The position numbers were made by a program, and so were the translations under genes. A stretch of DNA of 62,255 nucleotides, filler included. It is 7 parts of 7 records of this genome, joined end to end, with 100 filler letters (N's around TTAATTAATTAA, not from the genome) between each part and the next. Parts side by side here need not be neighbours in the genome. Positions count along the whole stretch, not along the records: positions 49,157 to 62,255 come from SRR31147125_26917; 6 more parts are not named here. One strand, 5' to 3'. The notes beneath the pieces are model-generated. The model made no database searches. It was given only the letters and a program-made list of their open reading frames with translations, and was not told where the DNA came from. Of the stretch, positions 52,076 to 62,255 are shown piece after piece. Every line of letters begins with the position of its first letter. Positions within the stretch are counted from its first letter, which is position 1.

Positions 52076-53464
52076 TTAAAACATCGGATCCCAAGGTGGT
52101 AATTTAATGGGTTCTTCCTGATAAATATCTAGCACTTTCTGGTTAATATATTTCTTATGAACCACTATCCGAAACATGTACTCACTAAACCACTCATCGG
52201 TAAACGTTAAGTAACCTTTCTCTCCAGTCTTAGCTCCCCAGCTATTTTCAAATTGCCATTTTAGGGGTTTTTCATTTTCACCAAGCTCAACTGCTATAAG
52301 AGCCATTCCGTGACTTGAACCGCTTTCGCTACTTTGAATTCGCTGCGCTTTGTTCATTCCGAATGAAACATCATACACTTCTTCAAAATCAAAATTATCT
52401 ACATCAAGAATCCCAACATCCCGACGCAGCTGCTTGCCAACATCACAGGAAGCATACATGGCTTCGTTGTTTTTGATCGATTCAATGCAGAACTTTTTAA
52501 TCTCTTCATTCGGAAGATTCACATAATGCCAATTCTCACCCTCCTCAACATTTCGGTAATTTTCAATATCGTAATGTTTCCAATACGGACGTGAAGGATC
52601 ATTCATTAACATCACGTAATCAGTCAGTCTAACTTCACCCAAAACTTCCTCCATAAATGATTCAGGAGTGTATGTTTTCGTTTCTGAAAGTTCCCCCAAT
52701 TTGTTTTCATATCGATAGTTAAACTCCACAGGAGGTTCTCCAAGGTTTAAAACCAACATCCGATAGATTTCTTTTAACATCTCTATTTTAGTATCCTGCA
52801 ATGTTTTTATTTTTTTACCTGTAGCTTCTAGTTCTCGAAGTTGTAACCCCTGCTCCCGAAGTTTGCGTTTAAGCAAACGAATCATCCAGGCTGTATTTTC
52901 ACTTGAAAAGGTTTCTTCCATAGCTTCGCGTGGAACCATTCCATACTTGTTTGCCAGGTTTACAAAATTGATCCACTGCCCTCCATCATCAACCGGAGAA
53001 CGGAAATACCAGCGAACTTTCTGATCATCTAAAGACAAATCTGCTGTTTCAATCATATTATTTAGAAACAGGTTCGCTTTTTCAAACAAATCCCAGAAAT
53101 ACAGATAGTTTTCTGAAAACTCAAATGATGAAACATCAAACTTTTCAATTGCCACTGGTCTGAATATATTCAATGATGTAAAGAGCCAGCAACGCCCTGA
53201 TTTCTTCTGATTTGTTATTCCTGAAACATCTACCCGGTAGGTAAAATAATGATCTACGGTTCCATCATTTTCCCGGCTCCACGCTAGTTTGGTTATATCG
53301 TTTGATGAAAGTGCATTTTGCATTCCTTTTGTATAGGCATCTTTCTTTAAAGACGCTCTTATTTCATTTATTCTCTCCATTTCAATTTCCTGGCTTAAGG
53401 CAAACAACGGAATGAATAACAGAAAAATCACCATTAACTTCGGAGTATTCAATTTCATAATCAT
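52076..53464 (-). CDS. pepC: Aminopeptidase C / bleomycin hydrolase (peptidase C1B), exported
   Basis: NQKKSGRCWLF (Cys), HGMALIAV (His), ENSWG (Asn), PPWDPM; signal peptide from ATG 53464. Confidence 0.9.
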   Translation of the reverse strand: MIMKLNTPKLMVIFLLFIPLFALSQEIEMERINEIRASLKKDAYTKGMQNALSSNDITKLAWSRENDGTVDHYFTYRVDVSGITNQKKSGRCWLFTSLNIFRPVAIEKFDVSSFEFSENYLYFWDLFEKANLFLNNMIETADLSLDDQKVRWYFRSPVDDGGQWINFVNLANKYGMVPREAMEETFSSENTAWMIRLLKRKLREQGLQLRELEATGKKIKTLQDTKIEMLKEIYRMLVLNLGEPPVEFNYRYENKLGELSETKTYTPESFMEEVLGEVRLTDYVMLMNDPSRPYWKHYDIENYRNVEEGENWHYVNLPNEEIKKFCIESIKNNEAMYASCDVGKQLRRDVGILDVDNFDFEEVYDVSFGMNKAQRIQSSESGSSHGMALIAVELGENEKPLKWQFENSWGAKTGEKGYLTFTDEWFSEYMFRIVVHKKYINQKVLDIYQEEPIKLPPWDPMF

Positions 53465-53519
53465 TGCGAATTGGATTAATGTAAAGTTGTAATGGCTAAA
53501 ATAAAAAGAATTTAAACCA

Positions 53520-53553
53520 CAAAAAAGGAGCATCCTCACTAGTGCTCCTTTTT
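53520..53553. terminator. Bidirectional-type terminator
   Basis: AAAAAAGGAGCA-loop-TGCTCCTTTTT. Confidence 0.8.
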
Positions 53554-53572
53554 AATATTGATATATGTTTTT

Positions 53573-55170
53573 TTAGAAATGCTATACGCAATACCTACAG
53601 CAATATTTGTTGTTGTTTTACCATATACATCGTTGTAATCACCAACATCTGGATCTGTAAAAGTAACTTCTTCGTCTTTGTAGAAGGTATTTGAAAAACC
53701 AGCATCTAATGTTAAACGATCAGACATTTTCCACATAAAACCAAAAGCTCCAGTATAAGATGGATTACTGAAACTGAAATCACTTTGATATGTATCTGCA
53801 ATACCGGCACGGGAACGCATTCCACCTACACTAATTGCAAACTTCTCGCTAAGGTTGAATTGAAGACCTAAAGCCAATTCAAAATAGTTTTTATCTATTT
53901 CACGCTGTCTTATTTTTGTATCATCAACGCCTTTCCAAATAGCTACATCCCTAACATTTCTTCCCCAATCAACACCTTTGTCAACATATAGAGTATATGA
54001 CACCATTGCTTCAAGCCAATCTGCAGCTTTATAACCTATGCCTAGGCCCATAATGGCAGGAATATCATTTATAGTTTTTCCTCCATCAGGATATAAATTT
54101 AAGTCATCTACTTTTGTATCGTTTGTTAAAGTAAGACTTGTTTTCATTTCATATTTTAATGCAATATCAAGCTTATCACTTGGTGAAATATGAACACCAA
54201 TCATTGGAGTAATTCCAGTTCCTGTTTGTTCTGTATCCACTTCTTTATCTGAGATATCAGCATTTTTAAGATTTTCTATACTTTCTTTAGTGCCATCCAT
54301 AATTACAATAGCCTGTCCATTAGTTACATTATCGTATCCTAATGAACTAAGAGTCAATACTAACTGAGGATCTGCAACATTATCATTCGGGTCGATCAAG
54401 CCCGCATTTATTGCACCCAGTAAACCATTTGATGCAGTTTGTAACGAATTTATCGTACCTTCTAAAACTGGAGAAGCTAATGAAAAGTACTGGTCAGCAG
54501 GGATTAAACCAGAACTTGTTTCAATATTTATATTGTTTATCTCTCCGCTGTAACTATTTTTAGCAGATAAAATTCTAAAACCTGCACTAACAGAAAACAA
54601 ATCACTCAGCTTATAGCTTGCTCCTGCTTGAAACCCTAAAAATACAGAGCGCCCTTCAAAGGATAGGTTTGCATCATACCCAGTATTAACTGCAGCAGGT
54701 ATTTGATATGGAGTTAGTAAAGATGAGATTTTTTTAAACCCTGAACCTAATTTCGTAATTGGGATTTCAAATGATGCAAGTCCTCTGTCGAACTTTGCAA
54801 TACCACCTCCACTATTAGGTCCTATTCCTAATGAAAATGCCCAGTTCTCCTTTTTGTACACTCCAAACAATGATGGAAAAACCGGTACAGTAATATCACC
54901 TTCATAATGTCCATCATTAAGTAATGGAAACTCACTATCTACAATTTTGTTCTGAAATATTGTCTGATTATAAAAGCCGAAATGCCAACCATCATCAATC
55001 TTGATTAATCCTGCAGGATTATAAAAAACGGCATCAATGCCTGTTGAAGCATTTCTTGAAAGAGTTCTAATGTATTGTGCACTTTGATTAGAGTTCGTAA
55101 GCAATCCTCCTGCAAACACATTACTCATAAACATAACACAAACTACAATTAGAAATGATGTTTTCTTCAT
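53573..55170 (-). CDS. OmpP1/FadL-family outer-membrane transporter
   Basis: Signal peptide, GGLLTNSNQS...R.AS...DAVFYNPAG. The true end is probably YSIF* at 53573 (one missing T), just before the terminator. Confidence 0.85.
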
Positions 55171-55296
55171 AATTTAAAGATTAGTTGTGATGAACAAAAG
55201 TAAACTATTTTAAATATGAAAAAGCATTTTCTGTTGTAAATCAGGTATTTATAAACCATTCGAACAATTGAGTTTTATGGTCGTTTATTCATGCAT

Positions 55297-55323
55297 AAAA
55301 AAGCCCTGCAAGTTGCAAGGCTT
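55297..55323 (-). terminator. Terminator of lpdA
   Basis: AAGCCTTGCA-ACT-TGCAGGGCTT plus a T-run on the minus strand. Confidence 0.7.
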
Positions 55324-55347
55324 CTGTATAATAATAACAAGATTAGA

Positions 55348-56739
55348 TTACAAATGAATCACCTCATCATAAGCAGCTGCTGCTGCCTCCATAATTGCCT
55401 CACTCATTGTTGGGTGTGGGTGAATCGACTTAATTAATTCATGCCCGGTAATCTCTAGCTTCTTAGCGACTACCAACTCTGCAATCATTTCGGTAACATT
55501 ACCTCCAATCATGTGAGCACCAAGCAACTCTCCATATTTCGAATCAAAAATTAATTTGATAAACCCTTCTTTTTGACCGGATGCACTGGCTTTACCACTT
55601 GCGGTAAATGGGAATTTTCCTACTTTAACATCAAAACCAGCATCTTTTGCTTGCTTTTCTGTCATACCCAAAGAGGAAACTTCCGGGCTAGTGTAAGTAC
55701 AACCAGGAATATTACCGTAATCTACCGGATCAGGGTTCAAACCTGCAATTTTCTCAACACAAACAATTCCTTCAGCCGAAGCAACATGTGCAAGAGCTGG
55801 TCCATGTACAATGTCTCCAATGGCATAAACGCCATCAACATTTGTTTTATAGAAGTCATCAACTTTAAGCTTGCCATTTTCTAAAACAACACCAAGTTCT
55901 TCAAGTCCAATATTTTCAATATTTGGAGCAATTCCGACAGCTGATAGCACAATTTCGGCTTCAATAACTTCAGTACCCTTTTTTGTTTCTATATTGACTT
56001 TGCAAAGCTTGCCCGCTGTATCAACAGACTCAACTGAAGCATTCGTAAACACCTTCATTTTCTTTTTCTTAAAAGAACGCTCAAGGGTTTTTGCTACTTC
56101 TTCATCTTCATTAGGGACAAGGGTTGGCATGTATTCGACCAAAGTTACTTTAGTGCCAATTGAGTGATAGAAATATGCAAATTCACTTCCAATTGCACCA
56201 GAACCAACAACAACCATAGAGGCTGGCTGACTAAGAAGATTCATTGCCTGACGGTAACCAATAATTTTTTCGCCATCCTGCTTTATATTTGGCAGTTCTC
56301 GTGAACGGGCACCAGTAGCCAAAATAATATTCTTCGCATTATAACTTGTAGTTTTTCCTTTCTCATCAACAACCTCAATGGAATTGTTACCTGTTAGTTT
56401 CCCAAAACCATTGATTAACTCTATTTTGTTCTTTTTGATTAGGTACTGAACGCCTTTACTCATTCCTTCAGCAACATCGCGACTACGTTTAATCATAGCT
56501 CCAAAATCTGCTTTTACTTCACCAGATATTGATACACCATAATCAGATGCATGTTGGGCATATTCAAGCGCCTGTGCACTTTTAAGTAGTGATTTGGTTG
56601 GAATACAGCCCCAGTTTAGGCAAATTCCTCCAATATTTTCACGCTCAACAATACCTACATTCATTCCAAGTTGGGCAGCCCGAATCGCAGCTACATAACC
56701 ACCGGGACCACTACCTATTACTATTAAATCGTAACTCAT
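55348..56739 (-). CDS. lpdA: Dihydrolipoamide dehydrogenase
   Basis: GSGPGGY, GGICLNWGCIPTK, GSGAIG, HPHPTMSE. Confidence 0.96.
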   Translation of the reverse strand: MSYDLIVIGSGPGGYVAAIRAAQLGMNVGIVERENIGGICLNWGCIPTKSLLKSAQALEYAQHASDYGVSISGEVKADFGAMIKRSRDVAEGMSKGVQYLIKKNKIELINGFGKLTGNNSIEVVDEKGKTTSYNAKNIILATGARSRELPNIKQDGEKIIGYRQAMNLLSQPASMVVVGSGAIGSEFAYFYHSIGTKVTLVEYMPTLVPNEDEEVAKTLERSFKKKKMKVFTNASVESVDTAGKLCKVNIETKKGTEVIEAEIVLSAVGIAPNIENIGLEELGVVLENGKLKVDDFYKTNVDGVYAIGDIVHGPALAHVASAEGIVCVEKIAGLNPDPVDYGNIPGCTYTSPEVSSLGMTEKQAKDAGFDVKVGKFPFTASGKASASGQKEGFIKLIFDSKYGELLGAHMIGGNVTEMIAELVVAKKLEITGHELIKSIHPHPTMSEAIMEAAAAAYDEVIHL

Positions 56740-56875
56740 AATTAATGGGATTATCTTTAAAAAACGACTACCATGAAAACAGCCAAACATCTAAAATGTT
56801 TTTACCTATTTCCAATAGTTCAATCCAAACAACTACCATTCAATAGAATAACACATAAAATTCTAAACAAAACGT

Positions 56876-57972
56876 TTATTGTAGAAGTTCGTTTAGCTTA
56901 TCTTCAAGTTGTTTACCGCGAAGATTCTTGGCAATAATTTTACCTTCAGGATCAAGCAAGATGGTATGAGGAATTGAACTCACTCCATACAAACGAGCTA
57001 CTTCATTTTGCCAATATTTCAAATCGGAAACATGGGTCCAACTTAACTTATCATCTTCAATGGCTTTTAACCAAACAGTTTTTTCTCTATCCAACGAAAC
57101 ACCTAAAATGTCAAACCCTTTATCTTTAAACTGATTGTAAACCCGAACAACATTGGGGTTTTCCTGACGGCAAGGGGCACACCATGAAGCCCAAAATCAA
57201 TTAAAAGATATTTCCCTCGGAATGAAGATAGTGTGATTGGGTTTCCTTCTGGATCATTCATGGTAAAGTCTGGAGCTTCAGCTCCTATAGATGAAACAGC
57301 CATTTTATCAGTAATCTTTTTAAGTTCTATCAAATAAATAGACTCATCTAATTCAACCGGAAACAAATCAACTAATTCTTTCAATTCTTCATACTGAAGT
57401 TGTTGAACCAATTGTGAAAGTGTAATAAAAGGAGCAACAACAGAAGTTGAATTATCTCGTACAAAGTTTTTTGCAAAAACCTTCATATTTTCGGAGGTAG
57501 CCTCTAAATCAATTTGCACACGATCAATTTCATCCTGATTTCCTCTCTGCATTGCTGCTGAATATTGCTTTTTAAGATCACTAAATTGATTGCTTAATAA
57601 TTCAAGTTCATCCAAATAAATATTAAAAACATCAGTCTCTGGTGACCCGGCAACTGTTGAATTTCGAAGGCTATCTTTAAAAGTTTCAACTTCAATTTTT
57701 TCATTTTCAAGAAAAAACTGAGCAAAATAATCACGTTCGTTCAACCTTAAATAATGCAATTCGGGTATTTTGGTCTCTCCTGAAAAACTAAATTGTCCAT
57801 CCTCAATATTCGAAGTATCAACTGTTACAGCATTTCCTGCTTCAGCTTTTACCAGATAAACAACACCTGAATCGAGGCCAACAATATTTCCGGAGATTTT
57901 GTAGCTTGTATTATTACTTTGGCAAGCGGCAATAACAACCAAAAGGATAAGCAACAAATTGAGATTTTTCAT
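56876..57972 (-). CDS. TlpA-like thiol:disulfide oxidoreductase lipoprotein with DUF4369 (frameshift at 57193-57196)
   Basis: Lipobox IAAC. Adding one T restores IDFWASWCAPCRQENP and joins the C-terminal WTHVSDL...IPHTILLDPEGKIIA. Confidence 0.88.
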
Positions 57973-59096
57973 TCTTTATTTTTTTGAGATTGATAATAAT
58001 AGTCTAGTAAATTACGGGCAGCTACGAACGAACTTATTTCTTCATTTAAAACCTTTTCTTCAAAATCATCAGTCATAAGTTTTAACTCCTTATTTTGGTA
58101 AAAATTACTTTTTAACTGATCATTAATGGTTTCATACATCCAATATTTAGACTGCTCATTTCTTTTGTGCTGAAAGTAGCCATTTGCTTTTACAAAATCA
58201 AGATATTCTTTTATAGTATCCCATACATCTGAAATTCCTTTCTTTTCAACTGCTGAACAAGTTAGCACCTTTGGTTTCCATCCAGAATCTGTTGGAGGGA
58301 AAAGATGAAGTGCATTCAAATATTGAACACGAGCCATATCTGCTTTTTGAATATTCGAACCGTCGGCCTTGTTGATGGTAATTGTATCAGCCATTTCCAT
58401 AATACCGCGCTTAATCCCTTGCAATTCATCTCCAGCCCCAGCCAACATTAAAAGCAGAAAGAAATCGACCATGGAATGAACAACTGTTTCACTTTGCCCA
58501 ACCCCTACCGTTTCTATAAAGATGTTATCAAAACCGGCAGCTTCACAAAGAATAATCGTTTCTCGGGTTTTACGAGCAACCCCACCCAATGATCCTGCAG
58601 AAGGCGAAGGTCGGATATATGCATTGACATCCGCCGACAATTCTTCCATCCGGGTTTTATCACCCAAAATACTTCCTTTCGATCGTTCACTACTTGGATC
58701 AATTGCCAATACTGCAAGTTTACCACCTTTTCCGGTAATATATTTCCCCAGAGACTCAATAAAGGTACTTTTACCTACTCCGGGAACACCTGTGATTCCT
58801 ATACGTACCGAGTTGCCGCTATGAGGCAGACACTTTAAAATGATTTCCTGCGCCAATTCCTGATGATCTTTTTTAGCACTCTCCACCATTGTAACTGCCT
58901 GGCTCAACAATGTAATGTTTCCATCAAGAATTCCGGTTACATATTCATCGGCTGACAATAACTTCTTTCGCTTATTTTTAAGAAAACGCTGAATTGAATC
59001 TTCATCAAAAGAAGAAGGTTGTTCAACCCCATCATTAACTGATAATCCCTTATATTGATCTTCGTTTTCGATATGTTTTTTCTGTTTTTCTGCCAC
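57969..59096 (-). CDS. meaB: Methylmalonyl-CoA mutase-associated GTPase MeaB
   Basis: GITGVPGVGKST, DPSS..S.GSILGDKTRM, ETVGVGQSE, GDELQGIKRG, NKAD. Confidence 0.93.
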   Translation of the reverse strand: MAEKQKKHIENEDQYKGLSVNDGVEQPSSFDEDSIQRFLKNKRKKLLSADEYVTGILDGNITLLSQAVTMVESAKKDHQELAQEIILKCLPHSGNSVRIGITGVPGVGKSTFIESLGKYITGKGGKLAVLAIDPSSERSKGSILGDKTRMEELSADVNAYIRPSPSAGSLGGVARKTRETIILCEAAGFDNIFIETVGVGQSETVVHSMVDFFLLLMLAGAGDELQGIKRGIMEMADTITINKADGSNIQKADMARVQYLNALHLFPPTDSGWKPKVLTCSAVEKKGISDVWDTIKEYLDFVKANGYFQHKRNEQSKYWMYETINDQLKSNFYQNKELKLMTDDFEEKVLNEEISSFVAARNLLDYYYQSQKNKE

Positions 59097-59137
59097 TTCA
59101 GTATCTTTTTTTACGAAGGTATAACGATTGTATTTAT

Positions 59138-59165
59138 AAAAAAAACCGTCCCAATACGGAACGGT
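59138..59165 (-). terminator. Terminator after the DUF1573 gene
   Basis: ACCGTTCC-loop-GGGACGGT plus a T-run on the minus strand. Confidence 0.7.
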
Positions 59166-59190
59166 CTTTCTTTACTATCTTTTTATGTAG

Positions 59191-60282
59191 TTATCCGGCA
59201 ACCTGTACGTTGGTTGAAACCCTCAAAATTGAAGTTGGGGTTTTAGGATCGTTTGTTATCACGGTAATTGCTTTATTCTGTCTTCCTCTTTTTCCCTTTG
59301 AATTGAAAACAACCTTTAATGGAACCGATTCATTTGGTGCAATTATCTTTTTCTCAGGAGTTACAGCGGTACAGCCACAAGTCGTTTTTACATTTCGAAT
59401 AATTAAATCCCGCTTACCAGAATTTTTCATTGTAAAAGTATGCTCAACTTTGTCTCCTTGCTTAATTTCACCAAAATCAAATGTTTTTTCACTGAAATTA
59501 ACAACAGGCGCATTTTCAAGTTCGGAAGACGTAAGAGCAGAAAAATCTTCTTCGATTGTAGCTGACACACCAATTGAGTTCCGGTAATCAGATTTGCCGT
59601 CAATATCCAAATATATACGATGCATTACAAAACCATAGGTTTTTATTTTAGTCGCATCGTAAGTCACATATATGTACCCCTTTTCTTTAGGCTTTAAAAC
59701 TGAAGGATTAACTGATGCTTTCAAATGCTGAGGTGCTTGCCTAAATTTTAATTCAACAGGATTTTCTGAATTATTTACAATCTCAAGGCTGTCTGTTACC
59801 ACATTATTTTCTCTAATTTTCACAAATGCAATGTGATTTGTTTTTGCAATAACAGAACCTATTTTTCTAGGATATAATTCGGCCAATGTTTTTTCTCTTG
59901 GACTTACATCGCCTTTAATACGTAACACAACTCTTGGATTAGCCGCATTCGAACTTACAGTAATTGTTTTATTAAACTGCCCCGGACGGTTCCTTGGATT
60001 ATAACTCACTTTTATAAATCCTTTTTCTCCAGGAGCAATCGGTTTACGAGTCCACTCTGGGGTTGTACATCCACAAGAAGCTTGAACATTATTCAAAATA
60101 AGTGGTGCTGCACCTGAGTTAGTAAAGTTAAAATTGTACGATTGAATTCCTTTTTCTTCCATAAACGATCCATAATCATGAATCAATTTTTCAAAATCAA
60201 TTTTAGCTTGTGTATTTTGGGCAATTAATTGCGATGGAACAGCCAAAAAAATAATTAGCAAGAAATACAATGTTCTTTTCAT
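59191..60282 (-). CDS. DUF1573 Ig-like domain protein
   Basis: Signal peptide; two F.N.G...LI..V..[ST]CGCT domains. Confidence 0.85.
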   Translation of the reverse strand: MKRTLYFLLIIFLAVPSQLIAQNTQAKIDFEKLIHDYGSFMEEKGIQSYNFNFTNSGAAPLILNNVQASCGCTTPEWTRKPIAPGEKGFIKVSYNPRNRPGQFNKTITVSSNAANPRVVLRIKGDVSPREKTLAELYPRKIGSVIAKTNHIAFVKIRENNVVTDSLEIVNNSENPVELKFRQAPQHLKASVNPSVLKPKEKGYIYVTYDATKIKTYGFVMHRIYLDIDGKSDYRNSIGVSATIEEDFSALTSSELENAPVVNFSEKTFDFGEIKQGDKVEHTFTMKNSGKRDLIIRNVKTTCGCTAVTPEKKIIAPNESVPLKVVFNSKGKRGRQNKAITVITNDPKTPTSILRVSTNVQVAG

Positions 60283-60522
60283 CAGTAACAAGTTTTTAAT
60301 TCTTTCAGTAAATTGTCAAATAGTAATTCTTAACGAAATACTTTTCAAACTTTCGCTCAAAGATAATAATCAATCGCGAAAATGTAATTTTACCTACAAA
60401 TCTAAAAAAACTGGAGCCCTGTTGATGTTAATGCGCACAAACTTTTGTTAATGATTTGTTAAATGAACTTTTTCTCTGAAAAATTCAGTAGTTTCGTGGT
60501 TCTCAAGGGGAAACAAATAAAG

Positions 60523-61887
60523 ATGGGAAGGAATACAATACGGTTTGTAATTGTACTGGCTACATTATCAGTACTGGGGATTTTAATGATTCAGTTTTTC
60601 TTTTTGAAAAACACGGTCGACCTTAATGAAAAGAAATTTCATGAATCAACTACCTGTGCTCTAAAGCAAGTTGCGACACATCTTGTTGACTATAACAACA
60701 AAATATTTAGTCATAAAAACCAACTTGAATTAGACAATACTGTTGAGCAAATATCCAACAATTACTATGTAGTTAATGTAAATGATGTTATCCACCCAGG
60801 ATTGCTTGAACATTTTCTAGTTAAGGAATTTAAGAAGCAGAATCTAAATGTAGACTTTGAATATGCCATTTATGATTGCAATAGCGAGAATATGGTGTTT
60901 GGAAAATATTTGAAAGAAGAAAGTGACAGTTTGCTAAACATCATAAAAAAAGAAAAAATACAAACTGAATGTGATACTGAAGAAGCTGTTTTCGAAGAAC
61001 ATTATAAGATCAAAAAAATTGAAAGCACTTGCCATTTACCCAAATGTAAAAAATACACCTACTATTTTGGGGTTTCATTCCCTAACCGATCAAAATTCTA
61101 CAGTGCACAGGTTAAAGCATGGTATTATATCACCGGGTTTCTATTCATTATAATTTTGTTTTTTGGATATACAATTAGTGTAATTTTAAAACAACGCAAA
61201 CTAAGTGAAATACAAAAAAATTTCATCAATAACCTTACTCACGAATTCAAAACGCCAATAGCATCCATTGATCTTTCTGCCAAAGTACTATCTGATCCTG
61301 GAATTATTGAGCATCCAACTAGACTTACTAGTTATTCAAAAATAATTAGTGAACAAACACAGCGACTCTCTTCGCAAGTTGAAAAGGTACTTCAGATGGC
61401 AACCATTGAAAAGAAGAAGCTTCAACTTGACAAAGAAGAAATCATATTAAATGAGTTTATACCAAAAACGATAGATGAATTTAAAACCAGCCTTAATGGG
61501 CACCAATATAACATTCAGGTTTCCGGATCGGAGCATAGTCTGATCATCATAGCTGATAAGCTTCACTTTTCTAATGTTATTTTTAACATTCTCGATAATG
61601 CATTAAAATATTGCGATACCACCCCAGAAGTAGTAGTTGATATCAGCAGTAATAAACACCATGTTTTTATAAGATTTTCTGATAATGGCATTGGCATTCC
61701 AGAAGAATTTAGGAAGAAAATATTTGGTCGTTTTTTCCGTATACCAACAGGCAACATACATAACGTAAAAGGCTTTGGGCTTGGACTTGATTATGTGAAA
61801 AAAATTGTTGAAAGACACAACTGGAAGATTTCAGTATCGGATAATTCGCCAAAAGGAAGTATTTTTACGTTAACTATTCCAAAATAA
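60523..61887 (+). CDS. Sensor histidine kinase
   Basis: Two TM helices; H-box LTHEFKTPI; N-box NILDNALKY; DNGIGI; FFR; GFGLGL. Confidence 0.93.
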   Translation: MGRNTIRFVIVLATLSVLGILMIQFFFLKNTVDLNEKKFHESTTCALKQVATHLVDYNNKIFSHKNQLELDNTVEQISNNYYVVNVNDVIHPGLLEHFLVKEFKKQNLNVDFEYAIYDCNSENMVFGKYLKEESDSLLNIIKKEKIQTECDTEEAVFEEHYKIKKIESTCHLPKCKKYTYYFGVSFPNRSKFYSAQVKAWYYITGFLFIIILFFGYTISVILKQRKLSEIQKNFINNLTHEFKTPIASIDLSAKVLSDPGIIEHPTRLTSYSKIISEQTQRLSSQVEKVLQMATIEKKKLQLDKEEIILNEFIPKTIDEFKTSLNGHQYNIQVSGSEHSLIIIADKLHFSNVIFNILDNALKYCDTTPEVVVDISSNKHHVFIRFSDNGIGIPEEFRKKIFGRFFRIPTGNIHNVKGFGLGLDYVKKIVERHNWKISVSDNSPKGSIFTLTIPK

Positions 61888-61889
61888 AT

Positions 61890-62255
61890 ATGGATTTTAC
61901 TGGCAAAAAGATTCTTTTAGTAGAAGATGACCAAACTTTAAATTTCATTATCCGTGACAATTTAGAAGAAGCTGGATATGAAGTGAAATCAGCTGAAAAC
62001 GGTGAAGAAGGACTGAAGGTTTTTAATAAAGGCTCCTTCCACCTTTGTTTGTTTGATGTGATGCTTCCCAAAATGGACGGGTTTACTTTGGCTAAAAAAG
62101 TAAGAGAAATAGACCAAAATATTCCCATTCTGTTTTTGACAGCCAAAGCGATGACAGAAGATAAAATTAATGGTCTTACACTTGGTGGTGATGACTATAT
62201 TACCAAGCCATTCAGCATGGAAGAGCTACTTCTTCGAATTAAGGTTTTTTTAAAA
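61890..62255 (+). CDS. OmpR-family response regulator (3' truncated; not in ORF track)
   Basis: MDFTGKKILLVEDD...FDVMLPKMDGF...FLTAK...DDYITKPF, 2 nt after the kinase stop. Confidence 0.92.
   Translation, partial: MDFTGKKILLVEDDQTLNFIIRDNLEEAGYEVKSAENGEEGLKVFNKGSFHLCLFDVMLPKMDGFTLAKKVREIDQNIPILFLTAKAMTEDKINGLTLGGDDYITKPFSMEELLLRIKVFLK

Noticed and set aside
53539-53572. FadL-like C-terminal extension SKKTYINIKKEH and 1-bp overlap with the pepC ORF
   Set aside because: The extension runs into a terminator; one added T gives the canonical C-terminal Phe. pepC most likely starts at 53464.

Overview
This window is not one locus. It is seven unrelated contig pieces (probably metagenomic, from an anoxic environment) joined by artificial 100-bp spacers (44 N + TTAATTAATTAA + 44 N). 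(1) 1-6453: Bacteroidota PUL fragment with SusD, a tandem-LamG lipoprotein and two GH144-type beta-1,2-glucanases. (2) 6554-22032: Desulfobacteraceae-like piece with a TonB receptor, TrxB-like oxidoreductase, porin, TPR lipoprotein, GGDEF relic, methyltransferase, a ~1330-aa Gly-rich repeat protein with a PEP-CTERM-like tail, MFS, Crp/Fnr and MBL hydrolase. (3) 22133-27677: CobW GTPase, corrinoid protein, Wzx flippase, GntR regulator, sugar ABC permease. (4) 27778-34386: REP-like palindromes, PP2C phosphatase, NagB-deacetylase fusion, octaheme HAO-family cytochrome. (5) 34487-40485: QseG-like/GlrR-like sigma54 regulator pair, an IS1634-derived gene, and a TPP riboswitch with thiM-thiD. (6) 40586-49056: Bacteroidota ECF sigma/FecR/SusC/SusD. 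(7) 49157-62255: Bacteroidota ECF sigma, serpin operon, pepC, FadL-like OMP, lpdA, TlpA, meaB, DUF1573, two-component system. About a dozen genes are split by indels in homopolymer runs; these are most likely sequencing errors. Best novelty candidate: an internally deleted, probably catalytically dead IS1634 transposase derivative whose frame is otherwise open (one homopolymer slip). It has its own sigma54 promoter, tandem upstream activator-like sites and terminator, and lies beside a QseG/GlrR-like regulator, so it may be a domesticated transposase. Second candidate: back-to-back ECF-type promoters linking an ECF sigma gene to a serpin/lipoprotein operon. All family and taxon calls come from motif recognition by eye; no database searches were run.
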